Shown piece by piece: positions 10,900 through 21,949 of a DNA stretch of 64,000 nucleotides; position 1 is the stretch's first letter; each line of letters starts with the position of its first letter. The stretch covers positions 131,084 through 195,083 of the forward strand of contig JADFYJ010000001.1 of the NCBI GenBank assembly GCA_015233115.1, given 5' to 3'. The translations under genes and the position numbers were made by a program. The notes under the pieces were generated by a model. That model was given only the letters and a program-made list of their open reading frames with translations. It was not told the DNA's origin and did not search any database. This DNA comes from Candidatus Omnitrophota bacterium. GTDB taxonomy: Bacteria; Omnitrophota; Gorgyraeia; Zapsychrales; Zapsychraceae.

Positions 10900-13620
10900 A
10901 TGAAAACACCATTTTACAAATATATTGATGATGGGATAACGCTTAAATCTGAAAAAGCTTCGGCTTACCGGAATATTTATTTTCCATTGTGCGGACCTGA
11001 GGCTTCAGGATTAAAATCCTCAATCACTCCGTATTTAAGCGGCGATATCAAAATCGATAAATTTAGTTATTTAACTAAACCCATGTCGCGGGAAGATCTG
11101 CGCCAGCCGGTGCGAGATTTCTTTTTGCTGGTCGATGGAAAAAATGTGGTTTCATTAAGCCAGGAAGTTGAAGAAGGTTTGGCGGATGTTGAGATGGGAT
11201 TATTGTGGCATAAATTAAGTAAACGGTATTTTCACGGCGCGTTGGAGATGGAAGCATTAAATTTTATTCCTGCGACCGGTGAAAATGTTGAGCTTATGGC
11301 TGTTAAAGTCAGCAACCGGGCTGATAAACCGATTTCATTTATTCCCACGTCATCCTGTCCGATTTTTGGCCGGTCATTGGCGAACAAACATGACCACGAA
11401 CATGTAACAGTTTTACTCCAACGCGTCGAACAAACAGCTCAAGGCGTAATTGTTACTCCAACCATGCGTTTTAATGAAGAAGGCCATAAGCCAAATGATG
11501 ATTCTTATTTTGTTTTAGGTTTTGCGAGTACTGGCGCATCTCCTGACGGCTCATTCCCGACAGTGGAAAGCTTTGTGGGTGATGCCGGAACTTGGGAAAA
11601 GCCGCAAGCCATTTATAAAAATTTGCCGGTTAAAAAAATTACTGACGTGGAAATGCAAGGCAAAGAAGCGGCGGGGGCATTGCGTTTTACCCCGGTCACG
11701 CTTGAGCCGCGTTCCTCGATAACTTATTATTTAATTCTTGGAATGGCAGAAAACAAAACCGACGTCCAGACCATATATGCAAAATTTGATTCTGTCGAGA
11801 AGTTTGAAAACGCGCTGCACGCGAATAAAGATTTTTGGAAAGCTAAAGCCAGTTCAGTGACTTTTAAAACTGGAGATGCTTCATTTAACGCCTGGATGCA
11901 TTGGGTCACTATTCAGCCGGTTTTACGACGAATTTTTGGCTGTTCATTTTTGCCTGATCATGACTATGGCAAAGGCGGTAAAGGGTGGCGGGATCTATGG
12001 CAGGATCTGTTGTCGTTAATTCTCATTGAACCGGAACAAGTGCGCGAAAATTTGATCAATAATTTTGGCGGCGTCAGGATTGATGGCACAAACGCGACGA
12101 TCATTGGCAACAAGCCTGGCGAATTTATTGCAGACCGTAATGCCATTACCCGCGTGTGGATGGACCATGGCGTATGGCCATATCTTACAACCGCGCTTTA
12201 CATTGACCAAACTGGTGATTTTGATATTTTACTGCACAACACAACCTATTTTCGCGACCCACAGCTGTCACGTACTTTTGAAAAAGATGAACGCTGGACT
12301 CCGCAATACGGAAATTTTCTAAAGGATAAAAAAGGACAAATATATAAAGGCAGTATTCTGGAACATATTTTGGCGCAACATTTGGTGCAATTCTTTAACG
12401 TTGGTGAGCATAATATTACTCGTTTGGAAAGCGCTGACTGGAATGATGGTTTGGACATGGCGTTTAAACGCGGAGAGAGCGTCACGTTCATGAGCTTGTA
12501 TGCTGGCAATTTGAATGACATTTCTGGGTTGCTTGAAAAAATGGCAGCAGCTCAGAAAATTGATTCCATTGAGATCGCGGAAGAATTTATGATTCTTTTG
12601 GATACATTAGGTAATAAACACGTTGATTACAACATCCCTGCGCAAAAGCAGGATCTTCTTTTTAAAACGTATTTTAAAGCAGTTCAGCCGGAAGTGAGCG
12701 GAAGGAAAACTAAGGTTAGCATTGTAGATCTCGTCAAGGATCTCAGATCTAAAGCAGAATGGGCGTTTAATTTTATCCGTACTAATGAAAAGGTGACAGT
12801 TGAAATTGAAGGAGCAGATTACTCCTGGTTTAACGGTTATTATGATAATAAAGCTGAACGCGTAGAAGGTAAAAAAGCAGACTGTATCCGTATGACTCTA
12901 ACTGGACAGGTTTTTCCTTTGATGAGCGGAATGGCAGCTGATGATGATATTTCAGGAGTTATTCGGAGCGTTCAAAGATTTTTAAAAGATAAAAAACTAG
13001 GTGGATACAGATTAAATACAGATTTTGGTGTCTTGCATTACCTGGAATTGGGACGAGCTTTTGGTTTCGCGTATGGAACAAAAGAAAATGGCGCTTTTTT
13101 CAGCCACATGATTGTGATGTACGCGTTCGCGCTTTACAAACGCGGTTATGTTCACGCGGGATATGAAGTTTTAAAATCAATTTATGATATGTGCATGGAT
13201 ACGGATAAGAGCCGTATTTATCCCGGAATTCCGGAATATTTTGACGGTGAAGGGCGTGGTATGTACCACTATTTGACTGGTTCAGCTAGTTGGCTTGTAT
13301 ACGCGGAATTGGCGCAGGTGTTTGGCGTACGGGGCGATACGGGTGATTTGATTTTAGAACCAAAATTGGTTAAAGAACAATTTGCCGGACAAACTCAGAT
13401 TAGCGTGATATCCAAATTCGCGGGGAAAAATATTGAAGTATGTTACTGCAATGATAAGGGACTCGATTTTGGGGATTATAAAATTGCCAAAATTATGGTG
13501 GGTGATAAATTGGTGAATTTCGAAAAACCGTCGTCTAAAAAAGCGTATATACCCCGTGAAGTTGTTCAATCCTGGCCAGATGGGGCAAGAGTGATTGTGA
13601 CGTTTGAGAAAGCAATATAA
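10900..13620 (+). CDS. GH94-like glycoside phosphorylase (cellobiose/chitobiose phosphorylase family)
   Basis: 906 aa; 'ESADWNDGLDMA' catalytic DWND motif of the GH94/GT36 six-hairpin family; directly downstream of the symporter. Confidence 0.5.
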   Translation: MKTPFYKYIDDGITLKSEKASAYRNIYFPLCGPEASGLKSSITPYLSGDIKIDKFSYLTKPMSREDLRQPVRDFFLLVDGKNVVSLSQEVEEGLADVEMGLLWHKLSKRYFHGALEMEALNFIPATGENVELMAVKVSNRADKPISFIPTSSCPIFGRSLANKHDHEHVTVLLQRVEQTAQGVIVTPTMRFNEEGHKPNDDSYFVLGFASTGASPDGSFPTVESFVGDAGTWEKPQAIYKNLPVKKITDVEMQGKEAAGALRFTPVTLEPRSSITYYLILGMAENKTDVQTIYAKFDSVEKFENALHANKDFWKAKASSVTFKTGDASFNAWMHWVTIQPVLRRIFGCSFLPDHDYGKGGKGWRDLWQDLLSLILIEPEQVRENLINNFGGVRIDGTNATIIGNKPGEFIADRNAITRVWMDHGVWPYLTTALYIDQTGDFDILLHNTTYFRDPQLSRTFEKDERWTPQYGNFLKDKKGQIYKGSILEHILAQHLVQFFNVGEHNITRLESADWNDGLDMAFKRGESVTFMSLYAGNLNDISGLLEKMAAAQKIDSIEIAEEFMILLDTLGNKHVDYNIPAQKQDLLFKTYFKAVQPEVSGRKTKVSIVDLVKDLRSKAEWAFNFIRTNEKVTVEIEGADYSWFNGYYDNKAERVEGKKADCIRMTLTGQVFPLMSGMAADDDISGVIRSVQRFLKDKKLGGYRLNTDFGVLHYLELGRAFGFAYGTKENGAFFSHMIVMYAFALYKRGYVHAGYEVLKSIYDMCMDTDKSRIYPGIPEYFDGEGRGMYHYLTGSASWLVYAELAQVFGVRGDTGDLILEPKLVKEQFAGQTQISVISKFAGKNIEVCYCNDKGLDFGDYKIAKIMVGDKLVNFEKPSSKKAYIPREVVQSWPDGARVIVTFEKAI

Positions 13621-13653
13621 ATGATAGGTTGATGGTTTATAGTTTTTGGTTTT

Positions 13654-14763
13654 TTATATTAATTTTTCCACGATTTCCGCAATAGCCAATGATGCTGTCA
13701 CTCCCGGTGACTCAATGCCGATGAGATTGATGAAATTTGGAAAGCCTTTTTTAGATTCTTCCTCAATGACAAAATCTTTAAATAATTCATGTTCCTGCTG
13801 AATCTTGGGGCGGATGCCGACTGTGTCGGGTATGAGATCGTCAAATTCCAGTTTTGGGCAATATCGTTTGAAGGATTTGTAAAAGGTTTCTTTGGCTGCT
13901 TCATTCAGAGTGTAATCAACGGCGTCGACGTATTCAGCATCCGGCCCCAGCCGTAAACCACCGCCTAAATCAGGCGTCACGTGTATCCCCAAATCTGTAT
14001 GGCTGGGAGGAGGATAGATTAAATGCGAGATCCTGAATTTTTTTGGATTAGCAATGCGGAAATATTGTCCTTTGCTGTAATAAATTTTGTATCCGTGTTT
14101 TTCGGGTTCGATTCCGACCATGCCGGCAATCTTATCTGAATCAAAGCCTGCCGCATTAATAACAATCCGGGTTTCAAATTCAAAAGTTTCGCCTGACGAT
14201 TCTTTCACTGTAATTAAATAGCCGGACATGGTTTTTTTTATGCCTGTCACTTGCGTATTAAAAATAATTTCCGCGCCTTTATCTTTGGCTGAATCCAAAA
14301 AGAATTTCATGAGCGAATGGGTATCAATGATGCCGGTATTGGGTGAAAAAAAGGCTTTTTCAGCGTCGATATCCGGCTCCATGGCCAATATCTCTGCTTT
14401 GGTCAAATAGCGTAGATGTTCGACTCCGGATTTGATTCCATTAGCATAAGTTTTTTCGATTTTTTGAATTTCTTCTTCACTTTTGGCAACCAGCATTTTT
14501 CCAACTTTTTTATGCGGAATATGATGTTCTTGGCAAACTTTATAAAGCAGATCTTTACCGCGGATACATAAATTTGCTTTATGACTGTTGGGCTGATAAT
14601 AAAGCCCCGCGTGAATGACTTCCGAATTGCGGGAGCTGGTTTCTTGCCCGAAAAATGGATTTTTTTCGACAATAAGGATATCTTTATGCCTACGGCTTAG
14701 CTGATAAGCCACAGCCAATCCAATAATTCCTGCGCCGATAATTGTAATGTTTGTTTTTTCCAT
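13654..14763 (-). CDS. lhgO: FAD-dependent L-2-hydroxyglutarate oxidase/dehydrogenase
   Basis: 'ITIIGAGIIGLAVAYQL' Rossmann dinucleotide-binding motif; overall LhgO/YgaF similarity; ATG at 14763 preferred over the TTG at 14799. Confidence 0.7.
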   Translation of the reverse strand: MEKTNITIIGAGIIGLAVAYQLSRRHKDILIVEKNPFFGQETSSRNSEVIHAGLYYQPNSHKANLCIRGKDLLYKVCQEHHIPHKKVGKMLVAKSEEEIQKIEKTYANGIKSGVEHLRYLTKAEILAMEPDIDAEKAFFSPNTGIIDTHSLMKFFLDSAKDKGAEIIFNTQVTGIKKTMSGYLITVKESSGETFEFETRIVINAAGFDSDKIAGMVGIEPEKHGYKIYYSKGQYFRIANPKKFRISHLIYPPPSHTDLGIHVTPDLGGGLRLGPDAEYVDAVDYTLNEAAKETFYKSFKRYCPKLEFDDLIPDTVGIRPKIQQEHELFKDFVIEEESKKGFPNFINLIGIESPGVTASLAIAEIVEKLI

Positions 14764-14873
14764 ATTTTGACTTACGATTGTTATATGCTTATAATACAAA
14801 ATATTATGGAAGAATAAAGAAAAGGTTTGAAAATATTTAATTAATCAAAAATATTAATTTCCAAAGGAATAAC

Positions 14874-15620
14874 ATGAAAATTTCAATAAGCCGGGGAGTT
14901 AAACAGGCCGCAGTTTTTATTGGATTAGCGATCTTTTTTTATATCATCAATTTTATGATTTTCCATGACAGCCGGGATATATTCTTTTATCTGACCAATG
15001 ATATTGCATTTCTGTTCCTGCAAGTTTGGCTGGTCACCATTGTTATTCAAAGTATTTTGACGGAACGCGACAAAAAAGACAAAATGCGCAAACTGAATAT
15101 GGTGATCGGAACATTTTTCAGCGAAGTCGGGAGGGAGCTATTAAAAACCTTAGCAACCGCTGATGCCACATCCGAAACTATCGCGAAACATTTAAGTATC
15201 CCGGATAACTGGTCAGATACTAAGATCCGTGATTTACTTAGAACTGTTGATAACTACAATGCTTCCGTTGATAGCCGCTTGTGCAAATTAGATTGTCTAA
15301 AAACTTTTTTATTAGAAAAGCGATCTTTTGTTTTGACTCTTTTAAGTAATGGTAATTTGCTAGAACATGAAATATTTACCAATATTTTGTGGGCTGTTTT
15401 GCACATGGAAGAAGAATTAAATTTTCGCCCGTCTTTGACAAATCTATCCTCGGAAGATTTCGCGCATTTATCCGGAGACATTAACCGCGTATACGCGCAT
15501 TTGATCAAAGAATGGGCCAGATATATGTACCATTTACGTAAAAGTTATCCCTATTTATTTTCTTTAGAAATCCGCACCAATCCTTTCAATAAAAACGCGA
15601 ATATTTATGTGACAACGTAA
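14874..15620 (+). CDS. hypothetical membrane protein (2 N-terminal transmembrane segments)
   Basis: ORF with hydrophobic segments. Confidence 0.4.
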   Translation: MKISISRGVKQAAVFIGLAIFFYIINFMIFHDSRDIFFYLTNDIAFLFLQVWLVTIVIQSILTERDKKDKMRKLNMVIGTFFSEVGRELLKTLATADATSETIAKHLSIPDNWSDTKIRDLLRTVDNYNASVDSRLCKLDCLKTFLLEKRSFVLTLLSNGNLLEHEIFTNILWAVLHMEEELNFRPSLTNLSSEDFAHLSGDINRVYAHLIKEWARYMYHLRKSYPYLFSLEIRTNPFNKNANIYVTT

Positions 15621-15659
15621 GCGTTTACTTGTCATCTCGTATTTCATGTGTTATCTTTG

Positions 15660-15870
15660 AAGTAGAAAATTGGAAAGGCAAACTGCCTGAAAAGGCAGGA
15701 CCCTTGAACCACGTTGGGTTCAGGGTCATGGACCCGGCGTGGTTCATGAGCAAAGCCGTGAAGCTAAAATAGTGTGATAAACTATCAGGCTTGTCTGGCT
15801 GCCCTAGGTTCATGTTAGTGAGCATAGGTTAAACTACGGCTGCGCTCTATGCCTTTCATGTTTTCTAAAG
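15660..15870 (+). ncRNA. candidate structured RNA / 5' leader upstream of the secreted-protein gene
   Basis: Nested hairpins: ctgcct-gaaaa-ggcag; gaaccacg...[gggtc-atg-gaccc]...cgtggttc; catgaacc.../...ggttcatg; 260-nt gap with no ORF; unusually GC-rich for this genome. Confidence 0.25.
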
Positions 15871-15879
15871 GGAGAGCAT

Positions 15880-17400
15880 ATGAAAAACGCAATGCCGTAT
15901 TTGTTGGCTATCGTTTCACTTAGTCTGATTGTTTGCGATGTAAGCCTGGCGCAATTACCTGCTTTATCAAAGTCTCAACAAAAACTTCTAAATTTAATCC
16001 GTTCAAATACCAGCTCAAAAACCAAACTTCCTTTTAGCTTTTACATTCAAAAAGATGATAAACCGCAAGTTTACGCTCAAATGGGAACCATAGATTCCGT
16101 GCAGGGAATAATTGAACGGATGATTGTTGAAGAAGGACTGGTTATTTATGACGGTGCTGTCGCGCAAATTGTTCTAGCTCTATCCGGAGATAATATCGAT
16201 TTGGCTCGCGCTGAAATACCGGTGCAAATTTATTGGAAAGGCCAAGTCGGTGAATTACAATCAATTCGCGCGGGAAATTCCAATGGGCAGTTTGTCTATG
16301 ACCCTAACAACACGTCTGTTGTTTCTTCTGATCCGGCCATGCTTGGCCGGCGTGGATTTATTTACCGTATCATCAATGCTAATGGTAAATACTCAACTGT
16401 GGATCCATTGGATGGTAAGTCACAGCAAGCTAATTTTCCAACTTGGCCGACTATTCACTGGGAAGATTGGAAACCTATTGCTGGAGAAAATGCCTGGGTA
16501 ACCATGGCCGCTCTGCACATTTATCATCAGAAATATTATGATGAGTATCGGGAAGAATATTTTCAAAATTTTGACGCGATTGAACTTCAATTAGCTCAAG
16601 AAATATCAAGAGCCGCGCTTATGCTACAGGCTGATAATGGCGGCATCCGTATGGCACCCATTGGCACATTCCGCGAAGGCGATACAAGTGATCCGGGAAA
16701 ATGGTGGTATAATCAAATATCAACGGAAAATAATTTATCCTGGTATGGCGCGTTTAGAATGTTATTTGAAATAACCGGTCAAAAAGAATATCAAGTGGCG
16801 ATGGACCATTTGGAAAATTATTTCACAAAAGTATGGAATCCCAATGAACGATATTTTTATCAAGGAATGAATTTTACCGAAAATTTATGGAAAACAAATA
16901 ATGATCAGTTTGCGTTAGATGTGCAAACCTGGGGAATATTGGCATTAGGCCCGGAAAAAATTGACCGCATGTTTGGCATTGGTTCAGCTTATCATATGTG
17001 GATAAACGGGAAAAATCATTCTGGCGTTTTCGATCAAGATCACCATTTGGTTGGAGTAGGATTTACAGATGAACATGATCGGATTTCTGTGGAATGGACC
17101 TCTGGTGCCATAATGGCAGTCCGAGAACTGTCGATATACTATAAGGATACTTATCCTTCCTGGGCGAATGAATGCCTAGAAGATGCGACTTCAATGCGGC
17201 AAGGAATTGAATTGCTGAAAACGGATTTGAGTAAAGAACAGGCTGGTTATTCTTATTCTTCAAAACGGGGGTGGATACCTTTTGGTTGGAATTCGCATGA
17301 CCCGAAAGTTTTAAGTTTAGCATCTACAGGCTGGGTTGTTTTGGTGGACAGCCAGTTTAACCCTTTCTTTTTGCCTCATAAACAATTTATTAACAAATAA
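15880..17400 (+). CDS. secreted Trp-rich hypothetical protein
   Basis: Signal peptide MKNAMPYLLAIVSLSLIVCDVSLA; Trp-rich; GGGAGAG RBS. Confidence 0.45.
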   Translation: MKNAMPYLLAIVSLSLIVCDVSLAQLPALSKSQQKLLNLIRSNTSSKTKLPFSFYIQKDDKPQVYAQMGTIDSVQGIIERMIVEEGLVIYDGAVAQIVLALSGDNIDLARAEIPVQIYWKGQVGELQSIRAGNSNGQFVYDPNNTSVVSSDPAMLGRRGFIYRIINANGKYSTVDPLDGKSQQANFPTWPTIHWEDWKPIAGENAWVTMAALHIYHQKYYDEYREEYFQNFDAIELQLAQEISRAALMLQADNGGIRMAPIGTFREGDTSDPGKWWYNQISTENNLSWYGAFRMLFEITGQKEYQVAMDHLENYFTKVWNPNERYFYQGMNFTENLWKTNNDQFALDVQTWGILALGPEKIDRMFGIGSAYHMWINGKNHSGVFDQDHHLVGVGFTDEHDRISVEWTSGAIMAVRELSIYYKDTYPSWANECLEDATSMRQGIELLKTDLSKEQAGYSYSSKRGWIPFGWNSHDPKVLSLASTGWVVLVDSQFNPFFLPHKQFINK

Positions 17401-17478
17401 AATATATCTTTTGTGTGTAATTTCAGATTTTGTTACAATAAATAAACTTTTGCATAAAAACATTCAAATATTAATGTT

Positions 17479-19131
17479 ATGAAAATTGCTAATAAAATAC
17501 GCTTTATTATATTCTTTTTAGTGGCGGTATTGGTCGTCAATACTATTTTTGGACTGCAACGTGTTTCCAAAATTGGTAAAGAACTCCAGGATATTGTTAA
17601 CAAAGATATTGTGTTAACGGGAATCAGCACTTCCATTACGCAGTATCAATTGAAAAAAGCTATTCTTTTTGAACGGATTTTAAGCATTGTGGAAGAGATG
17701 GGATTTCAGAATCTTCCGCCGTCCCGTAACCAGCATTTGAAAGATGAGATTATCCGCACAGAACGTGGTTTTAACATGCTGGCTCAAAAAGGCGCAGTTG
17801 ATATTTTAAAGGGAAAAGATATTATCGCTAAAGGGGCCAGAAATGCTGAATTTACCGCGACAAAGCAGGAATTTAACAACGCGGCAGAAATTTTAAGCAA
17901 AATTGAAAAAGCGCATATTGAATATGATCAAATCATCAACCGGATTTTTGAATTAATTAACACGGATAAATATGAATCCAATATAGAAGATTTATATAGC
18001 ATAGAGCATAAAGAAAAATATCTTTCCGCCCAGCTGCAAACCTTGGTTGAGCAAATGCAGCGCTACACGCGCCAGTCTGTTGATCGCGCCAAAAAAGAAG
18101 AAACATCCGCCCGTCAATTTTTGATTATGGTCTTGTTGATTAGTATGGGCTTAGGGCTTTTGATCGCGTTATCAATAATTCGGAGTTTTTCTCGGCCATT
18201 ACGAAATTTAGTACACGCGACTCATCAGGTCAGTGCAGGAGATTTTGTAGTGAATTTAAATACGTCCTCTAAAGATGAAATTGGCGAAGTCAGCTCGGCT
18301 TTTAATCAAATGTCAAAAAGTATACAGGATTTTAAAACTAAATTAGAGGAGCGCAATCAGGAATTGGGAACGAATTTAAAAATTACGGAGCAACAGAAGC
18401 ATGATTTAGAAAGAGTAAATCAGGAATTAGACCGGTTCGTGTATACAGTCAGTCATGATATTGGAGCTCCATTGATGGGCATAATTGGATATGGTGATTT
18501 TTTAGCAAAAAATTATTCTGAAAAGTTAGATGAGCGTGGACAATTGTGCGTGGAAAAAATGCGTAAATCAGCCTTTCGTCTCAATGCTATGATTAAAGAT
18601 CTGTTGACGTTAACCCGGATTTCCCGGATTAAAAATCCTTACGAATTGGCTAGCATAAAAGAGATGATTGATGAGGTCCTGGAACGATTAGAATATAGCA
18701 TTAAGCGGTTTAACGTAGAAGTTTCTTTGGTTTCAAATTTTCCAATTATTGTGTGTGACCGTATAAAATTAGTGGAGGTGTTCTATAATTTACTGAGTAA
18801 TGCTATCAAATTTTCTTCAAAAAATACCACGTATATTCCGAAGGTTGAAATCGGTTATGTTGAACATACTCATGGGCATGAATTTTTTGTGAGGGATAAT
18901 GGGATTGGAATTTCTCCTGAAGATCACGATGAAATTTTTGTGGTTTTTAAACGGCTTCATTCTGTGCAGGAATATGAAGGAACTGGGGCCGGCTTGGGTA
19001 TTGTCGCGAATGTTATTAAAGATCATGGAGGTAAAATTTGGGTAGAATCCAAATTAGGAGAAGGCGCGACATTCCGCTTCATTATTCCTAAAAATTTGAA
19101 AATTTCTGCTGATCTTGAAGGCTCAAAATAA
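17479..19131 (+). CDS. sensor histidine kinase (transmembrane-HAMP-HisKA-HATPase)
   Basis: H-box 'VSHDIGAPL', N/G boxes 'LLSNAIKFS', 'DNGIGI', 'GTGAGLGI'; two transmembrane segments plus HAMP; no response regulator adjacent. Confidence 0.8.
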   Translation: MKIANKIRFIIFFLVAVLVVNTIFGLQRVSKIGKELQDIVNKDIVLTGISTSITQYQLKKAILFERILSIVEEMGFQNLPPSRNQHLKDEIIRTERGFNMLAQKGAVDILKGKDIIAKGARNAEFTATKQEFNNAAEILSKIEKAHIEYDQIINRIFELINTDKYESNIEDLYSIEHKEKYLSAQLQTLVEQMQRYTRQSVDRAKKEETSARQFLIMVLLISMGLGLLIALSIIRSFSRPLRNLVHATHQVSAGDFVVNLNTSSKDEIGEVSSAFNQMSKSIQDFKTKLEERNQELGTNLKITEQQKHDLERVNQELDRFVYTVSHDIGAPLMGIIGYGDFLAKNYSEKLDERGQLCVEKMRKSAFRLNAMIKDLLTLTRISRIKNPYELASIKEMIDEVLERLEYSIKRFNVEVSLVSNFPIIVCDRIKLVEVFYNLLSNAIKFSSKNTTYIPKVEIGYVEHTHGHEFFVRDNGIGISPEDHDEIFVVFKRLHSVQEYEGTGAGLGIVANVIKDHGGKIWVESKLGEGATFRFIIPKNLKISADLEGSK

Positions 19132-19200
19132 TGAGGTTATAGGCGACAGGTAATTTAAAAAATTATTGTTTTTTATTAAAAATTAAATAAGGATTTATTT

Positions 19201-20055
19201 ATGAAATGGCTAAAAATTTCATCATTAGTATTATTTTTGTCACTTGTCTTAGCGCCAAAAACGTTTGCGTATCCTGATGTGGATAGGCCAATTATTTTGG
19301 TTTATCTCAGCGGAATTGGATGTCATAATTGCGCTCAGACTGATCCAGTTATCTTTTTTGAATGGACTCAAAAATTTCCTAATATATTGATTTTTGATTA
19401 TGAAATTTTTAAACATGAACTAGATAACTTTATTCTAAAGAGGGAATATTTTAAAACGTATTCACCTGATGGAAAATCCGGAGTTCCTTTTATCATTTTG
19501 AATAATAAAATTTCGGCTATGGGACGCGTTTCTGTTTTGGAATTTGAAAGCACGCTTAAATTTGCTACGCCTAATTCTTTTCCTATGTCTAATGGAGCAA
19601 CTACGGAATTCAAAGATCTTGATCTTAATAAACTTGAGGGCAAATTTAATATTTGGTCGAAAAATCGGGTTTTGATACCAGGGCATAATGCCAGTAATGA
19701 AGATTTGAAAACGATTTTGTTAGCTGGTAATATTGAAGACGCGTTAAAAAATATTAAAAATAAAAAAGTAGACCCTATCAGCGTCGATATTTCTGGTGGT
19801 GAAGCGCAATTTACCCATGCCGTTATGGTTGGAGATTGGCGCGTACAGTGGAATGATATGGAAGGGCAGGCCGTGTCCAAAATTAAAGTATTAACCCCTA
19901 CACCGAATGTCACTAAGCCGTCCACAAATTCTAAAGTTATCGTAAAAACAAATATTCCGAAGCATAAAAGTAATGGAAATATTCGGATTATCGAGTATGT
20001 CCTGGCGGTTTTGCTAATCATCAGTGCATTATTATTTATTAAAAAGAAAAGATAG
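19201..20055 (+). CDS. exported protein with a CxxC (thioredoxin-like?) motif and a C-terminal transmembrane anchor
   Basis: Signal peptide; 'GIGCHNCAQTDP'; C-terminal 'VLAVLLIISALLFIKKKR'. Confidence 0.4.
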   Translation: MKWLKISSLVLFLSLVLAPKTFAYPDVDRPIILVYLSGIGCHNCAQTDPVIFFEWTQKFPNILIFDYEIFKHELDNFILKREYFKTYSPDGKSGVPFIILNNKISAMGRVSVLEFESTLKFATPNSFPMSNGATTEFKDLDLNKLEGKFNIWSKNRVLIPGHNASNEDLKTILLAGNIEDALKNIKNKKVDPISVDISGGEAQFTHAVMVGDWRVQWNDMEGQAVSKIKVLTPTPNVTKPSTNSKVIVKTNIPKHKSNGNIRIIEYVLAVLLIISALLFIKKKR

Positions 20056-20144
20056 CCGACGGGTGATGGGTTTTTTATCAGTCGTTTTTGCTACATACTA
20101 CATGCCATGTACTACATGCTCAAATAATCAAAATAGGAGATAAT

Positions 20145-21887
20145 ATGTCTAAACCAGTTGTAAACGATGGTATAAAATTAGTCCGTGAAAAGGGGAGCAA
20201 AATATTCAGCGCCGGCCCGCAGATGCTGCCTAATGTTTCTTTGATGATCGCCGAAGGCGCAATCCGGTCTTTAAAAGAATTAAAACGGCCGTTTATCACA
20301 ATTATTAATTCGTATACAACGCAAATTCCTGGCCACGCGCATCTGGATCAATTAGGCAAGGCCGTGAAAGAACAATTGGAAAGCATGGGTGTGAATGTGT
20401 GGTATACCAATGTCGGTGGTGCGGTTTGCGACGGCATTGCTATGGGGCATTTTGGGATGAGATATTCGTTAGCTTCCCGAGAATTGATCGCTGATCAGAT
20501 TGAAACCATCATTGGCGCGCATCCGTGCGACGCTTGGATTGGCATTGGTAATTGCGATAAAATTGTGCCAGCCATGTACAATGCTATGGTCCGTATCAAT
20601 ATTCCCGCAATTTATGTTAGCGGCGGGCCGATGTTGGCAGGATGTGACAATACAGATCTTATTTCAGTATTTGAAGGCGTAGGAAAATTTAGCGCAAAAA
20701 AAATAAACCTTAAAGAATTGGATAAAATTGCTACTTGCGCTTGTCCAGGTTATGGAAGCTGTGCTGGAATGTTTACCGCGAATTCCATGAATTGCTTAGG
20801 TGAAGCTTTGGGTTTCGCGCTTCCGGGTAATGGAACAATTTCCGCGACCAAGCGGATTCCAGGCGCGCAGCAGCAATTCGTGGTTAATCCTGAGCGCTTA
20901 CAATTGGCGCGGGATGCCGCTAAACAATTGATCAAATTACTCAAAAATAACATTAGGCCGTTAGATATTTTGACCCGTGATTCCATTGATAATGCTTTTG
21001 TTTTGGATATGGCTATGGGCGGATCAACGAACACAGTTCTGCATATTTTGGCTCTAGCCAATGAAGCAGGTATTAAATATGATTTGAAGCGTATTGAAGA
21101 AATTGCTAAGGCCACGCCCAATGTCATTAAGATTGCTCCGTCCCGTCCGGAAGTTCATTTGGAGCTCGTTAAAAAAATTGGGGGTATGGGCGCGATTTTA
21201 AAATCAGTATATGACGGAAAAAATAAATTTTTGAATTTGAATTCAAAAACTGTGTATGGAACTTTGGGGCAATATGTCAAACGTTCGCCTAAACCTGATG
21301 GTGATATTCTGCGTACCACAAAAAATCCTTTTTCTCCTGAAGGAGGTTTAGCTGTGTTATTTGGAAATATTGCCACGAAAGGCGCGATTGTCAAAACCAG
21401 CGGGGTTGAAGCGGATATGATGACGTTTTCCGGCCCGGCCAGGGTTTATGAATCGCAGGATTCGGCGTTAAAATGTATTCTAAAAGGTGAAGTAAAAAAT
21501 GGTGATGTGGTCGTCATTCGCTATGAAGGGCCTAAAGGCGGACCGGGAATGGTCGAGATGCTGTCACCCACTGCCGCGATCAAAGGGGCAGGCATACGCG
21601 CGGCTTTGATTACAGACGGCCGTTTTTCCGGCGGGACAAGAGGATTGTGTATCGGCCACGTAGCGCCTGAAGCAGCGGCGGGCGGAGAGATTGCGGTTAT
21701 AAAAGATGGCGATATCATTGACATTGATGTCAAAAAAAATAAAATGGACGTCCGTTTAAGCAAAGCTGAAATCACGAGACGAAAACAAGCGCTAAAACCA
21801 TTTGAACTCAAAGTTAAAGGCGGCTGGCTGGCCCGTTACGCGTCATTAGTCACCAGCGCGGATACTGGGGCGGTTTTAAAGATGTAA
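20145..21887 (+). CDS. ilvD: dihydroxy-acid dehydratase (IlvD/EDD family)
   Basis: 'CDGIAMGH', 'CDKIVPAM' and 'SGGPM' motifs of the IlvD/Edd family; GGAGAT RBS; ATG at 20145. Confidence 0.8.
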   Translation: MSKPVVNDGIKLVREKGSKIFSAGPQMLPNVSLMIAEGAIRSLKELKRPFITIINSYTTQIPGHAHLDQLGKAVKEQLESMGVNVWYTNVGGAVCDGIAMGHFGMRYSLASRELIADQIETIIGAHPCDAWIGIGNCDKIVPAMYNAMVRINIPAIYVSGGPMLAGCDNTDLISVFEGVGKFSAKKINLKELDKIATCACPGYGSCAGMFTANSMNCLGEALGFALPGNGTISATKRIPGAQQQFVVNPERLQLARDAAKQLIKLLKNNIRPLDILTRDSIDNAFVLDMAMGGSTNTVLHILALANEAGIKYDLKRIEEIAKATPNVIKIAPSRPEVHLELVKKIGGMGAILKSVYDGKNKFLNLNSKTVYGTLGQYVKRSPKPDGDILRTTKNPFSPEGGLAVLFGNIATKGAIVKTSGVEADMMTFSGPARVYESQDSALKCILKGEVKNGDVVVIRYEGPKGGPGMVEMLSPTAAIKGAGIRAALITDGRFSGGTRGLCIGHVAPEAAAGGEIAVIKDGDIIDIDVKKNKMDVRLSKAEITRRKQALKPFELKVKGGWLARYASLVTSADTGAVLKM

Positions 21888-21949
21888 TGTATAGAGTAAA
21901 GTACGCAGACAATCGACGCTGTTGGTCGTTCGCGGACATTGCGTCCTTG

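Noticed and set aside
15672-15770. c-di-GMP-I (GEMM) riboswitch
   Set aside because: Only loose resemblance (GGCAAAC + GNRA hairpin, ...GAGCAAAGCC...). The spacing and the second conserved hairpin do not fit.
19398-20021. 207-aa ORF on the - strand
   Set aside because: Entirely antisense to the well-supported + strand gene 19201-20055. It is a shadow ORF with no RBS.
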